Origin: an uncultured delta proteobacterium
GTDB taxonomy: Bacteria; Myxococcota_A; UBA9160; SZUA-336
DNA length: 64,000 nt
NCBI GenBank assembly: GCA_963704165.1
Contig: CAVPHD010000005.1
Span: 32,001 to 96,000, forward strand
Reading direction: 5' to 3'
This document shows positions 1-8,749 of the stretch, one piece after another. The position numbers and the translations under genes are program-made. The notes beneath the pieces are model-generated. The model saw nothing but the letters and a program-made list of their open reading frames with translations, was not told where the DNA came from and ran no database searches. The stretch's first letter is position 1. The number at the start of each line of letters is the position of its first letter.

Positions 1-5
1 GGCTC

Positions 6-1736
6 GTGCCGCGCTCGCTCGGAGACGGCCTGTTCGCGCTCGTCTCCCTCGGCGTTGCCGTGATCTTGTTCGAGGGTGGCCTGGGTCTCGACCTGCAACG
101 CCTGCGCGCGGCGGCGCTCTCGGTACGCCGTCTGGTCACGTGGGGTGCGCTGCTCACGATGGGAGGTGCCGCGCTCGCGGCCGCGCTGACGCTCGGCTGG
201 CCAGCGGAACGCGCACTGCTCTTCGGCGCGCTCGTGATCGTGACCGGACCCACGGTGATTCGCCCGATCCTGCGCACGGTACCCCTGCCCGGGCGACTCG
301 CGACCGTTCTCGAAGCCGAGGGTCTGTTGATCGACCCGATCGGCGCGGTGATCGCGGCGGTAACGCTGCAGGTCGTCGTCGCACCGACGCTCGATCAGCT
401 CGGCGCCGGTGCGGTCGGTCTGCTCGCCCGTCTGGGCTTTGGCACCGTGGCCGGGCTCGCGATCGGATTCGCGCTCGCGGCGCTTCTTCGCATGCAGCGC
501 GCGATTCCGGAGGGTCTGGAGAACCTCGTCACGCTCGGCGGCGCGCTCACGGGCTTCGTCCTCTGCGAGGCGACGCTGACCGAGAGCGGGATCCTCGCGG
601 TCACCGTCGCCGGAATCGTCGTCGGAAATCGCGCCAAGGGCGTCGCTTCACACCTGTCGGAATTCCAGGAGTCCCTGACGCTTGCCGTGATCGGCATGCT
701 CTTCGTCCTGCTCGCCGCGGACGTGCGTCTCGCGGATATCCGGTCGCTCGGATTGCCAGCGATCCTCACCGTCGTGCTGGTCGCGTTCGTCGTCCGGCCG
801 ATCGTCTCGCTCTGGTGTACGCGTGGCTCCGACCTGTCGCTACGGGAACGCCTCTTCGTGGCCTGGCTCGGCCCGCGCGGGGTCGTCGCGGCGGCGGTTG
901 CGTCTCTCGCTGCGGTCGTGCTCGAGGACCTCGGAATCGAGGGTGGCCGGGAGGTGCGCGCGCTCGTCTTCCTGACGATCTTCTCGACGGTGGTCGTTCT
1001 CGGTGGCGCTGCGCCGCTGGTCGCCCGGCTACTTCGCGTGCGCCAGCCGGAGCGCGACGGTGTCGTCGTACTCGGTGCGGACGAGGTCGGGCTCACGCTC
1101 GCGGAGGTTCTTCGCGAGACATCGAGCCAGGTGATCTTCGCCGACAACAACGCGGATCACTGCCGCGAGGCTGCGCGGCGTGGTTTCGAGGTGGTCTTCG
1201 GGGACGCATCCGAGCCGACGACGCTCGAACGGATGCATCTCGAGCGAGCGCGCGCGGCAATCGGCCTGACGACACGTCCGGAGCTGAACCAGCTCTTCGT
1301 GGCGCAGGCGCGCGACGAGTACGACGTTCGCGATCTCTATGTCGCTGCGCGCCGAGGCAGCGGCAACGTGTCGGCCCGACTCGCGCAGCGGGTGGCCGCT
1401 CGTGTGCTCTTCGATCGCGCGAAGGATCTCGCGCGCTGGAACGTCCGGCTCAGCAACCTGCTCGCGGACAAGGTCATGTTGCGCTTTGCCGCGGAGCCCG
1501 TGGCTGCCGATTCCGCGTCGTCCCCTGAAGACCCGGATCCGGCATCGGCCGATCGCTACCTGATCCTCGCGGTGAAGCGCGGCCCGCGCTGGGAGCCGAT
1601 GCACGCGGAATGGCAGGCCGTGAATGGGGACGAGGCGCTCGTCCTGCTGCACGAATCCGAGCGCGACATTGCCCTGGCCGAACTGGAAGTACTCGGTTGG
1701 ACACCACCCGCAGACCCGCCCGCCAAAACCGCCTGA
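6..1736 (+). CDS. Cation:proton antiporter (CPA1/NhaP-like) with C-terminal TrkA-N/RCK domain; probably 5'-truncated by the window edge
   Basis: About 12 hydrophobic segments; motifs ILFEGG, VTGPTV, LEAEG-LIDP and GPRGVVAAAVA; RCK-like tail VVVLGADEVG...VVFGDAS. The frame is open to the window start. Confidence 0.85.
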   Translation: MPRSLGDGLFALVSLGVAVILFEGGLGLDLQRLRAAALSVRRLVTWGALLTMGGAALAAALTLGWPAERALLFGALVIVTGPTVIRPILRTVPLPGRLATVLEAEGLLIDPIGAVIAAVTLQVVVAPTLDQLGAGAVGLLARLGFGTVAGLAIGFALAALLRMQRAIPEGLENLVTLGGALTGFVLCEATLTESGILAVTVAGIVVGNRAKGVASHLSEFQESLTLAVIGMLFVLLAADVRLADIRSLGLPAILTVVLVAFVVRPIVSLWCTRGSDLSLRERLFVAWLGPRGVVAAAVASLAAVVLEDLGIEGGREVRALVFLTIFSTVVVLGGAAPLVARLLRVRQPERDGVVVLGADEVGLTLAEVLRETSSQVIFADNNADHCREAARRGFEVVFGDASEPTTLERMHLERARAAIGLTTRPELNQLFVAQARDEYDVRDLYVAARRGSGNVSARLAQRVAARVLFDRAKDLARWNVRLSNLLADKVMLRFAAEPVAADSASSPEDPDPASADRYLILAVKRGPRWEPMHAEWQAVNGDEALVLLHESERDIALAELEVLGWTPPADPPAKTA

Positions 1737-1776
1737 GGCGGGGACGCCGGCGCCCGTCACACTTCGCGGTGCAAAA

Positions 1777-1792
1777 AGTCGGCCAGCCGACA
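1777..1792. promoter_or_regulatory. Candidate CooA-type Crp/Fnr-family operator AGTCGGCCAGCCGACA
   Basis: Intergenic palindrome GTCGGC-CA-GCCGAC matching TGTCG-N6-CGACA at 9 of 10 positions. It lies about 80 bp upstream of the DUF4398 gene. Confidence 0.55.
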
Positions 1793-1872
1793 CACATGCA
1801 CTGCGGCTGGTAGCGGACTCGTGATGGATGCCCGAGAGTGACCGGGAACTGATTCCAAAGGAGGGGCTAGAC

Positions 1873-2271
1873 GTGCCTTCGATTCACAAGAACCTGAGAT
1901 GGGTCGTCGCGGCTGCGGCGATCGGCGCTCTGATCGGCTGCGCCAGCATTGCACCACCGATCGAGACCATCTCGGCCGCGGACCTCGCGGTCACCGAGGT
2001 CAGCCGAGCGGATGAGCGCGAGATCTCACGCTTGGAGATCCACCTCGCGAACGAGGAGCTCAAGGCCGCGCGCGCCGCACTCGCCAAGGACGAGAACCTC
2101 GCCGCGCAGCGACACGCCGAGCGCGCGCTGGTCCAGGCTCAGCTCGCAGACGCGAAGATCCACGCTGCGCGCGCGAACGCGTCCGTCACGCAGCTGCGCG
2201 ACGACATCAATGCGCTTCAGCTCGAGATCGAGCGCGCCTCGAACCGCGGCCGCACGCCGGTGACGCGGTGA
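1873..2271 (+). CDS. DUF4398 domain lipoprotein
   Basis: AAGGAGG RBS before GTG 1873; lipobox LIGC; helical LANEELKAARAAL...AERALVQAQLA; adjacent to an OmpA gene as is typical. Confidence 0.8.
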   Translation: MPSIHKNLRWVVAAAAIGALIGCASIAPPIETISAADLAVTEVSRADEREISRLEIHLANEELKAARAALAKDENLAAQRHAERALVQAQLADAKIHAARANASVTQLRDDINALQLEIERASNRGRTPVTR

Positions 2272-2297
2272 AACCCATGAGAGAGAGGAACGATTCC

Positions 2298-3203
2298 ATG
2301 CGAACGACCCTGAGACATTCGTCCGGTTTCGCCGCGCTGGCGATCGCAGCGGCCGCCGCCCTGCTCGTCGCCTGCGCGACACCGGTTCCGCCTTCCGAGT
2401 TGGTGGCGGCTCGCGATGCCTACTCGAAGCTCAGCGCCGATACGGCGGTCGCGAGTCAGGTGCCCGTGATCCTGTACGAGGCGAAGCGAGAGCTCGACGC
2501 CGCCGAGAGCGCGTGGACGCGCGAAGACATCGAAGAGATGGAGCACATGGCGTACCTGTCACGCACCCGCGTGGAGATTGCCCGTCAGGTGGCATCGCAG
2601 CGGGCCGCCGAGGCGGACGCCAAGAAGCTCTCGAAGGATCGGGCCGGTGTTCGGCTCGAGGCGCGCACGCGAGAGGTCGACGTGGCTCGGGTCGAGGCGG
2701 ACGCGGCCGCGAAGGCGGCGGAAGAGCACAAGAGACGGGCCGCGGACCTCGAGAAGTCGCTCGCCGACCTGAAGGCGACGCGCACCAGCCGCGGCATGAT
2801 CCTCACGCTGGGTGACGTCCTCTTCGACACGGGCAAGGCGGAGCTGCGCCGCGGCGCGATGCAGAATCTGTTTCAGCTGGTGAGCTTCCTGCGCGAGAAC
2901 CCGGAACGCGAGCTGCTCGTCGAAGGACACACGGATTCGGTCGGGACGGACGACTACAACCTCGATCTCTCGCGGCGGCGCGCGCAGGCCGTCCGCGCCT
3001 TCCTGATCGACAACGGGATCGAGGCCCGTCGGATCGTGGCCACCGGCTTCGGAGAGGGCTATCCGATCGCGACGAACGAGGATTCGTCCGGTCGGCAGCA
3101 CAACCGCCGAGTCGAGGTCGTGATCCTCGATGCCGGCCAGAATGCGGCCGAGCGGGCCCGGACCGACCGTCCGACCGATGTGGCGGCGCCGCCACGGCCC
3201 TGA
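2298..3203 (+). CDS. OmpA-family peptidoglycan-binding lipoprotein with N-terminal DUF4398
   Basis: Lipobox LLVAC; LGDVLFDTGKAEL, VEGHTDSVG, NLDLSRRRA, NRRVEV. Confidence 0.92.
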   Translation: MRTTLRHSSGFAALAIAAAAALLVACATPVPPSELVAARDAYSKLSADTAVASQVPVILYEAKRELDAAESAWTREDIEEMEHMAYLSRTRVEIARQVASQRAAEADAKKLSKDRAGVRLEARTREVDVARVEADAAAKAAEEHKRRAADLEKSLADLKATRTSRGMILTLGDVLFDTGKAELRRGAMQNLFQLVSFLRENPERELLVEGHTDSVGTDDYNLDLSRRRAQAVRAFLIDNGIEARRIVATGFGEGYPIATNEDSSGRQHNRRVEVVILDAGQNAAERARTDRPTDVAAPPRP

Positions 3204-3267
3204 TGCGACGACTCCGCGCCCGATGATCCGAGGGCGATATCGGATAAACTCCCGGACCGCCAAGACC

Positions 3268-4023
3268 GTGGGACAGTGCGTGCGACGAAGCGCGCGCTAC
3301 TTCCACGGTCTACGCGGGCCCGGGAGTTGCCGTCTGGAGCACTGGCACATCGCGAAGGTCCATTGGCTGCGGTCGCTCGAGCCCGCAGTCACCGAGACAT
3401 TGCGTCGCGGCTGCCGAGTCCTGGAGTACGAGCGCGGGCAGATGATCTACGCGCCGACCCCCGAGCCCGAATCCGTGTACCTGCTCGAGCAGGGACTCGT
3501 CCGCGTCCACCGGATCTCCGATGCGGGCGAACAGGTCACGCTGTACTACGTCCGCGCTGGCCAGATCTTCGGTGAGCTCGCGGTGATCTCCGACAAGGCG
3601 CGCGAGAGCTTCGCGCAGGCCACGCGCAGATCCGTCGTCTGGTGCATGGATCGCGCGACTTTGACGCAGCTGATGGCGAAGAGCTCGACCGCGGCGCTCG
3701 AGATCACCAAGCAGGTCGCGGGCAAGATGAAGCGGATCGAGAACCGCGTCGAGGATCTGGTCTTCCGTCCCGTCCGTTCCAGACTCGCCCGCACGCTGCT
3801 CACCCTGGCCGAGGACTTCGGCAAGAAAGAGGGCGATTGGGTTTCGATCGAGCTTCCCATCACCCAGGCCGAGCTGGGCACGCTGGTCGGAGCCACACGG
3901 CAAAGCGTCAGCGACAGTTTCCGGGACCTCGTGTCCGAGAAGGTCCTCTCTCGTGATCGCGGCCGAGTTCTGGTCTTGCAGCCGGAAGCACTCCGGAGGG
4001 TTGCGGCGGGCAGCGGCGCGTGA
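3268..4023 (+). CDS. Crp/Fnr-family transcriptional regulator (start uncertain: GTG 3268/3280 or CTG 3334)
   Basis: cNMP-binding barrel (VYLLEQGLVRV...GQIFGELA); winged HTH ITQAELGTLVGATRQSVS. Confidence 0.88.
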   Translation: MGQCVRRSARYFHGLRGPGSCRLEHWHIAKVHWLRSLEPAVTETLRRGCRVLEYERGQMIYAPTPEPESVYLLEQGLVRVHRISDAGEQVTLYYVRAGQIFGELAVISDKARESFAQATRRSVVWCMDRATLTQLMAKSSTAALEITKQVAGKMKRIENRVEDLVFRPVRSRLARTLLTLAEDFGKKEGDWVSIELPITQAELGTLVGATRQSVSDSFRDLVSEKVLSRDRGRVLVLQPEALRRVAAGSGA

Positions 4024-4115
4024 GGCGAGCGAGCGCAGAATCGGGCGGACGCCCGACACAACGACTCGCGTCTGCCGCTCGCGCCTCCACCGTGCGAGTT
4101 CGCGGGTCGCAGCCG

Positions 4116-4697
4116 GTGAACTGGCGTCTCGCGCCGGTCCTGGGCGGCGGCCTGATCGTGGTCTTCGGTCCGCCCCTCGGAGGAAAGAGCCTGATCGCCG
4201 CTGGCCTCGCCGACTCCCTGCCGCGGGTGATCAAGCTCGAGGCGATCGACAACCTCGACCAGAAGAGTGACTACTGGCCGCGGGGAGGGGTCTTCGGCAG
4301 GACGCGATCCGGCCCCGAGCTCCGGCTTCTGACGGCTGCACGTGGATCGTGGTCGCGCCGACCTCGATCATCCCCGCCGACGATCATCGTCAGCGCGCGC
4401 TTCGGCAGCCCGCGCCTGCGCGGCGCCGCGATCCGAGCGGCCTCGAAGGCGGGAATGCGCGTGCTGCTCGTCGAGGCGCTCTCCTCCGAGCTGCGTTCGC
4501 TCCGGCGAATTCCGCTCTCGTTGCTTCCCCCCGAAGAGATGGACCGACGGCTCGAGACCTACCGCCGTGCGGTCGGCGAATACCAACCGGTCGGCGCCGG
4601 CGAGGCGCGCACTCGACCCTGTCTCCGCCTGCGCCATGTTCTGGCGGATCCGGACGCTTCGGTGCGCCGGATCGTGACCGAGTGGTCGATGCCGTGA
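4116..4697 (+). CDS. P-loop nucleotide kinase-like (AAA_33-type) protein; start uncertain (4020 or 4116)
   Basis: Walker A IVVFGPPLGGKS followed by a kinase-like alpha/beta pattern (IIVSARF, VLLVE). Confidence 0.6.
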   Translation: MNWRLAPVLGGGLIVVFGPPLGGKSLIAAGLADSLPRVIKLEAIDNLDQKSDYWPRGGVFGRTRSGPELRLLTAARGSWSRRPRSSPPTIIVSARFGSPRLRGAAIRAASKAGMRVLLVEALSSELRSLRRIPLSLLPPEEMDRRLETYRRAVGEYQPVGAGEARTRPCLRLRHVLADPDASVRRIVTEWSMP

Positions 4698-4720
4698 GGA
4701 AATCGGGGGGGGCGCGCACG

Positions 4721-5689
4721 ATGTCGGAATTCGAGCTGAGCTTTTGCGCGCGAGGGCGGATCGCCGAGCGAGCCAGCCTGGAGCTGCGTGGGACCGGGGG
4801 ACTCTTGCGAACGCGGGGTGTGACGCGGACGCGAATTCCCAGCAGTCGAACGGTCTTCGAGATCTCGGCCCGGAGCGAATCCTCGATCTCTCTCGACGTC
4901 GAGCGCCTCGAGGGTCGTTTCGTCCAGACCGCCGACGAGTCGCTGGTGGCCGCGCTCGTCGCGCTCGCGTCCGACCGCTTCGCGGAAGCCCGTCGCAGAC
5001 TCGATGACGACACGGACGCACCCGACGCCGTCTTCCTGGGTGGCGCCTTGGCCTTGCTCGACGGCGATGTCGTCGAGGCGGAGCGCGCCTTCGACGCGGC
5101 GCTGCGCGGATCGCGGCGCCTCGGCCGGGCGCTGCGCAGGTACGGGATCGACGCCCGGCTCTGGTTCGAGCTGACGCCGACGCTGTCGATCTGTGTTCGG
5201 CCGGAACGCGAGAGCCTTCTCTTCGCGCAGGCGCAGCTTCTGCGCGAGCTCGGACGCGAGGAGTCCGCGCAGTCCGCGCTCACCGATCTGCGCCGGCTCG
5301 CGCCGCAGGACATGGTGCTTCGCCTCTGCCTCGCTGATCTTCTGCTCGCCCGAAAGGTCCGCCCGGACGACGCCGCGCGGCGCGTTCTTCGCCTGTCCGA
5401 CAGCGTGACGAACACGTCGACGCTCGCCGCCTCGCTGCTGCTCCTACGCGCGCGCGCGCTTCGTCGACTGGGGCGTTCGGGCGCCGCGTTCGAGCTCTGC
5501 TCGCGCGTCGTCGGTCGTGTGCGCGGCAGACCACGTGCGCTCATCCTCGCGTTCCAGCTCGAGCGGGCCTGCGCGGCGAACGACCTGCGCGACTACGAGA
5601 GCGAACAGCACGTGCTCGGTGAGCTCGCTCGACTCGCGCCGGGCTACGCGGAGTCCAGGAGACCGCTCGATCTCGGGACGCTCTCGTGA
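4721..5689 (+). CDS. TPR-repeat protein, with an N-terminus weakly resembling DUF4236
   Basis: ATG 4721 within ORF 4349..5689; helical repeats AVFLGGALALLDGD, LLLLRARALRRLG, FQLERA...LAPGY. Confidence 0.6.
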   Translation: MSEFELSFCARGRIAERASLELRGTGGLLRTRGVTRTRIPSSRTVFEISARSESSISLDVERLEGRFVQTADESLVAALVALASDRFAEARRRLDDDTDAPDAVFLGGALALLDGDVVEAERAFDAALRGSRRLGRALRRYGIDARLWFELTPTLSICVRPERESLLFAQAQLLRELGREESAQSALTDLRRLAPQDMVLRLCLADLLLARKVRPDDAARRVLRLSDSVTNTSTLAASLLLLRARALRRLGRSGAAFELCSRVVGRVRGRPRALILAFQLERACAANDLRDYESEQHVLGELARLAPGYAESRRPLDLGTLS

Positions 5690-5868
5690 CGAACACGTGG
5701 TGATTCGCGCCGAGCGAAGCCTCGCCCGCGAGGCCGACTGAGTTCATCGCGCTGCGCCGGCTTCCGGATCGCGCGCATCGGCTCGACCGGAGATCCGGCG
5801 ACGGTATCGTTCACGTCGAATTCCGATCGCGAGCTCACCCATCCGGTCGAGCGGCGCGGAGACTGCAC

Positions 5869-7242
5869 ATGGCCGAAGAGTTCGTCCGCAACCCCTGGGA
5901 AGAGCTGCACGAGATCCTCGAGGCGCGCGATGCCGAACGGCTGCACGACTACCTCGAGCAGATCGGTCCCGCCGAAACCGCGCGGGCGATCTCGCGCATG
6001 GATCAGGAGTACCAGACGCGTCTGCTCCTCCTGCTCGAGCCCGCCGACGCCGCGGACCTGATCGAGGACATCCCGGATGTCCAGGCGATCGACCTGATCG
6101 AAGACCTCGAGCCCGCGCGAGCGGCGGCCATCGTCGACGAGATGGACAGCGACCGGCAGGCGGATCTGCTCTCGGAGCTTTCCGTCGCCGAGGCCGAGGC
6201 GATCCTGCAGCAGATGTCTCCGTCGGAGGCCGAGGAAGCGCGCGAGCTGATGGGGCACGCGCGCGACACGGCGGGCGGAATCATGATCAAGGAGTATCTC
6301 GCCTACTCGCGAAGCCAGAGGATTTCGGAGGTCCTCGACGATCTATCGGCGAACCGGGAGAAGTACTCGGGCTTCGACGTGCAGTACATCTTCGTGCTCG
6401 ACGAGCGCCGGCGGCTCGTCGGCGTGCTGCGCATGCGCGACCTGCTCTTCCCCGAGCGGACCTCGACGCTCGATCAGCTGATGGTTCGCGACCCGCTCAC
6501 GCTCTCGGTACGCGCGCCGGTCGGCGCGATCGTCGAGTTCTTCGATCAGCACCGCCTCTACGGCGTACCCGTCGTCGATGACGAGAAGCGGCTCGTCGGC
6601 GTGGTGCTCCCCGAGGACGTCGAGGAGGCCGCGCGCAAGCAGAGCGACCGCGAGTTCCTCGGCGTCACCGGCATCGTCGGTGGTGAGGAGATCCGCACGC
6701 TTCCCCTCCTGCTGCGATCGCGCCGCCGGCTGTCCTGGCTCTCGATCAACGTCGTGCTCAACATCGTGGCCGCGAGCGTGATCGCGTACTACCAGGACAC
6801 GCTCTCGGCGGCGATCGCGCTCGCCGTCTTCCTGCCGATGATCAGCGACATGAGCGGCTGCTCGGGGAATCAGGCCGTGGCGGTCAGCGTGCGCGAGCTC
6901 TCGCTCGGCCTGGTCCGCCCCGAAGAGCTGCGCCACGTCTTCATGAAGGAGAGCAGCCTGGGAATTCTGAACGGGCTCTTTCTGGGTCTCTTGCTCGGGG
7001 GCGCGGCGCTGCTCTGGCAGGGAAGCCCGTGGCTCGGCCTGGTCGTCGGTGGCGCGCTCGCGGTGAACACCGTCGTGGCCGTCTGCCTCGGCGGTCTATT
7101 GCCGCTCGCCCTGAAGCGAATGGGGCTCGATCCGGCACTGGTCTCGGGGCCGCTGCTCACGACGGTGACCGACATGTGCGGCTTCTTCCTGGTGCTCTCC
7201 TCCGCGACGCTGCTGCTTCCGCAGCTGACCGGCGTCGGCTGA
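5869..7242 (+). CDS. mgtE: Magnesium transporter MgtE
   Basis: Acidic MgtE N domain, tandem CBS domains (TAGGIM, VPVVDDEKRLVGV), TM motifs MSGCSGNQ and DPALVSGPLLTTVTD. Confidence 0.95.
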   Translation: MAEEFVRNPWEELHEILEARDAERLHDYLEQIGPAETARAISRMDQEYQTRLLLLLEPADAADLIEDIPDVQAIDLIEDLEPARAAAIVDEMDSDRQADLLSELSVAEAEAILQQMSPSEAEEARELMGHARDTAGGIMIKEYLAYSRSQRISEVLDDLSANREKYSGFDVQYIFVLDERRRLVGVLRMRDLLFPERTSTLDQLMVRDPLTLSVRAPVGAIVEFFDQHRLYGVPVVDDEKRLVGVVLPEDVEEAARKQSDREFLGVTGIVGGEEIRTLPLLLRSRRRLSWLSINVVLNIVAASVIAYYQDTLSAAIALAVFLPMISDMSGCSGNQAVAVSVRELSLGLVRPEELRHVFMKESSLGILNGLFLGLLLGGAALLWQGSPWLGLVVGGALAVNTVVAVCLGGLLPLALKRMGLDPALVSGPLLTTVTDMCGFFLVLSSATLLLPQLTGVG

Positions 7243-7253
7243 GGGGGCTCGCT

Positions 7254-8015
7254 TCACATGCCGCCGGTCACCTTGAGAACCTGCCCGGTCACCCAGTTCG
7301 AGGCGGACGAAGCGAAGTAGAGCACCGCGGCGGCGAGGTCAGCGGGTGTCCCGAGTCGCCGCAGGGGCAGGCGCAGGCCCTTCTCGAGCGCGGGGAGGTC
7401 GGAGTCCCGCAGGCCGAGCGATGCCATCGTGACTTCGGTCGGCACCACGCCGGGCGAGACCGCATTGACTCGCACGCGCGGTGCGAGCTCGATCGCGAGC
7501 GTCTGCGTCAGGTTGTTCACGCCGGCCTTGGCAGCGGCGTAGTGTCCACTCCCTGGCATCGGACCGTGCCCGGCCGCAGAGGAGATGTTGACGATCCGGC
7601 CACCCTCGCGAAGGCGCTTCGCGGCAACGACGCTGTTCATCCAGACCGAGGTCAGGTTGAGGTCGATCACGGCGTCCCAGACCTCGCGCGTGATTTCCGT
7701 GAGCGGCGCGCGCACCGGCGAGCCACCGGCGTTGTTGATCCAGACATCCAGGCCGCCGAACTCCTTGACCGCTTGCTCGGCCAGCGCCTCGATCGCCGCT
7801 TGGTCGGTGATGTCGGCCGACACGGCGATCGCAGGCCGACCGGCATCGGTGATGCTTCGGGTGACCTTCTCGACCTCGGCCGTGGCGCAATCCGCCAGCA
7901 CGACCGCAGCACCCGCCTCGGACAGGATGTGCGCGATGCCCTCCCCGATGCCACGCCCCGCGCCCGTGACGACCGCAACCTGACCGGAGAGGTCGAACAG
8001 GCGTGCGATGGACAT
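7254..8015 (-). CDS. SDR family oxidoreductase
   Basis: TGAGRGIG, NNAG, catalytic YAAAK, RVNAVSPG. Confidence 0.92.
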   Translation of the reverse strand: MSIARLFDLSGQVAVVTGAGRGIGEGIAHILSEAGAAVVLADCATAEVEKVTRSITDAGRPAIAVSADITDQAAIEALAEQAVKEFGGLDVWINNAGGSPVRAPLTEITREVWDAVIDLNLTSVWMNSVVAAKRLREGGRIVNISSAAGHGPMPGSGHYAAAKAGVNNLTQTLAIELAPRVRVNAVSPGVVPTEVTMASLGLRDSDLPALEKGLRLPLRRLGTPADLAAAVLYFASSASNWVTGQVLKVTGGM

Positions 8016-8051
8016 GCCTTCACCCCCAAAGAAAAAGATCGACCAATAAGT

Positions 8052-8062
8052 TACCGGCGGTA
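8052..8062. promoter_or_regulatory. Candidate TetR operator TACCG-G-CGGTA in an AT-rich divergent promoter; second palindrome CTGCAA-N6-TTGCAG at 8084-8101
   Basis: Palindromes in the 95-bp gap between the divergent SDR and TetR genes. Confidence 0.45.
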
Positions 8063-8110
8063 GATAATTCAACGGATGCCATTCTGCAACTGCACTTGCA
8101 GGCGATCCGG

Positions 8111-8731
8111 ATGAGTACGCGAGGAAAGGTGGAGTCGGGATCGGGGCGAGGACGGGGGCGACCGCCGCTCACCAACCGAGAAGCGCTGCTCGACGCCGCC
8201 GAGATCGCGATACGCCGCGGGGGGCCGGAGGTTTCTCTCGAAGCGATCGCCAGGCAGGCGGGCGTATCCAAGCCGATCCTCTACGCGCACGTCGGCGGCC
8301 GATCGGAGTTCGTGCGTGCGCTCATGGATCGATTGGCGAGCCGAATCCAGACCGCCGCGCTGCGCGCGCTCGCTTCACGCCCCCCGGGACGCGAGGCCGT
8401 GGCGGCGTCTCTTCTGGCGCACATCGCGACGGTCGTGTCGGACCGGCACCTGTACAGCTTCGTGAACGGCGCGGGCGGCGGTCAGACGAGCCCCGAGGAC
8501 TCGGTGCATTTCGCTCGGCACTGGGCAGAGACGGTCGCCACGGGTATCGCGGCGGCGCGGTCCGAGGCGGGCCGCGATCCCGCGGTAGCGCATTCCTGGA
8601 GCTACGCGATTCTCGGCATGCTGCACATGGTCTCGCTCGCCTGGCTGTACGAGCCGGCGTTGGAGCGAGATCCCGCGAAGCTCGCCGCCGAGCTCGCCGA
8701 CCTGATCTGGTTCGGTATCAAGCCGCGATAG
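8111..8731 (+). CDS. TetR/AcrR family transcriptional regulator
   Basis: HTH LLDAA...VSLEAIARQAGVSKPILYAH. Confidence 0.92.
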   Translation: MSTRGKVESGSGRGRGRPPLTNREALLDAAEIAIRRGGPEVSLEAIARQAGVSKPILYAHVGGRSEFVRALMDRLASRIQTAALRALASRPPGREAVAASLLAHIATVVSDRHLYSFVNGAGGGQTSPEDSVHFARHWAETVATGIAAARSEAGRDPAVAHSWSYAILGMLHMVSLAWLYEPALERDPAKLAAELADLIWFGIKPR

Positions 8732-8749
8732 CGACACGGAGGTCGGACC

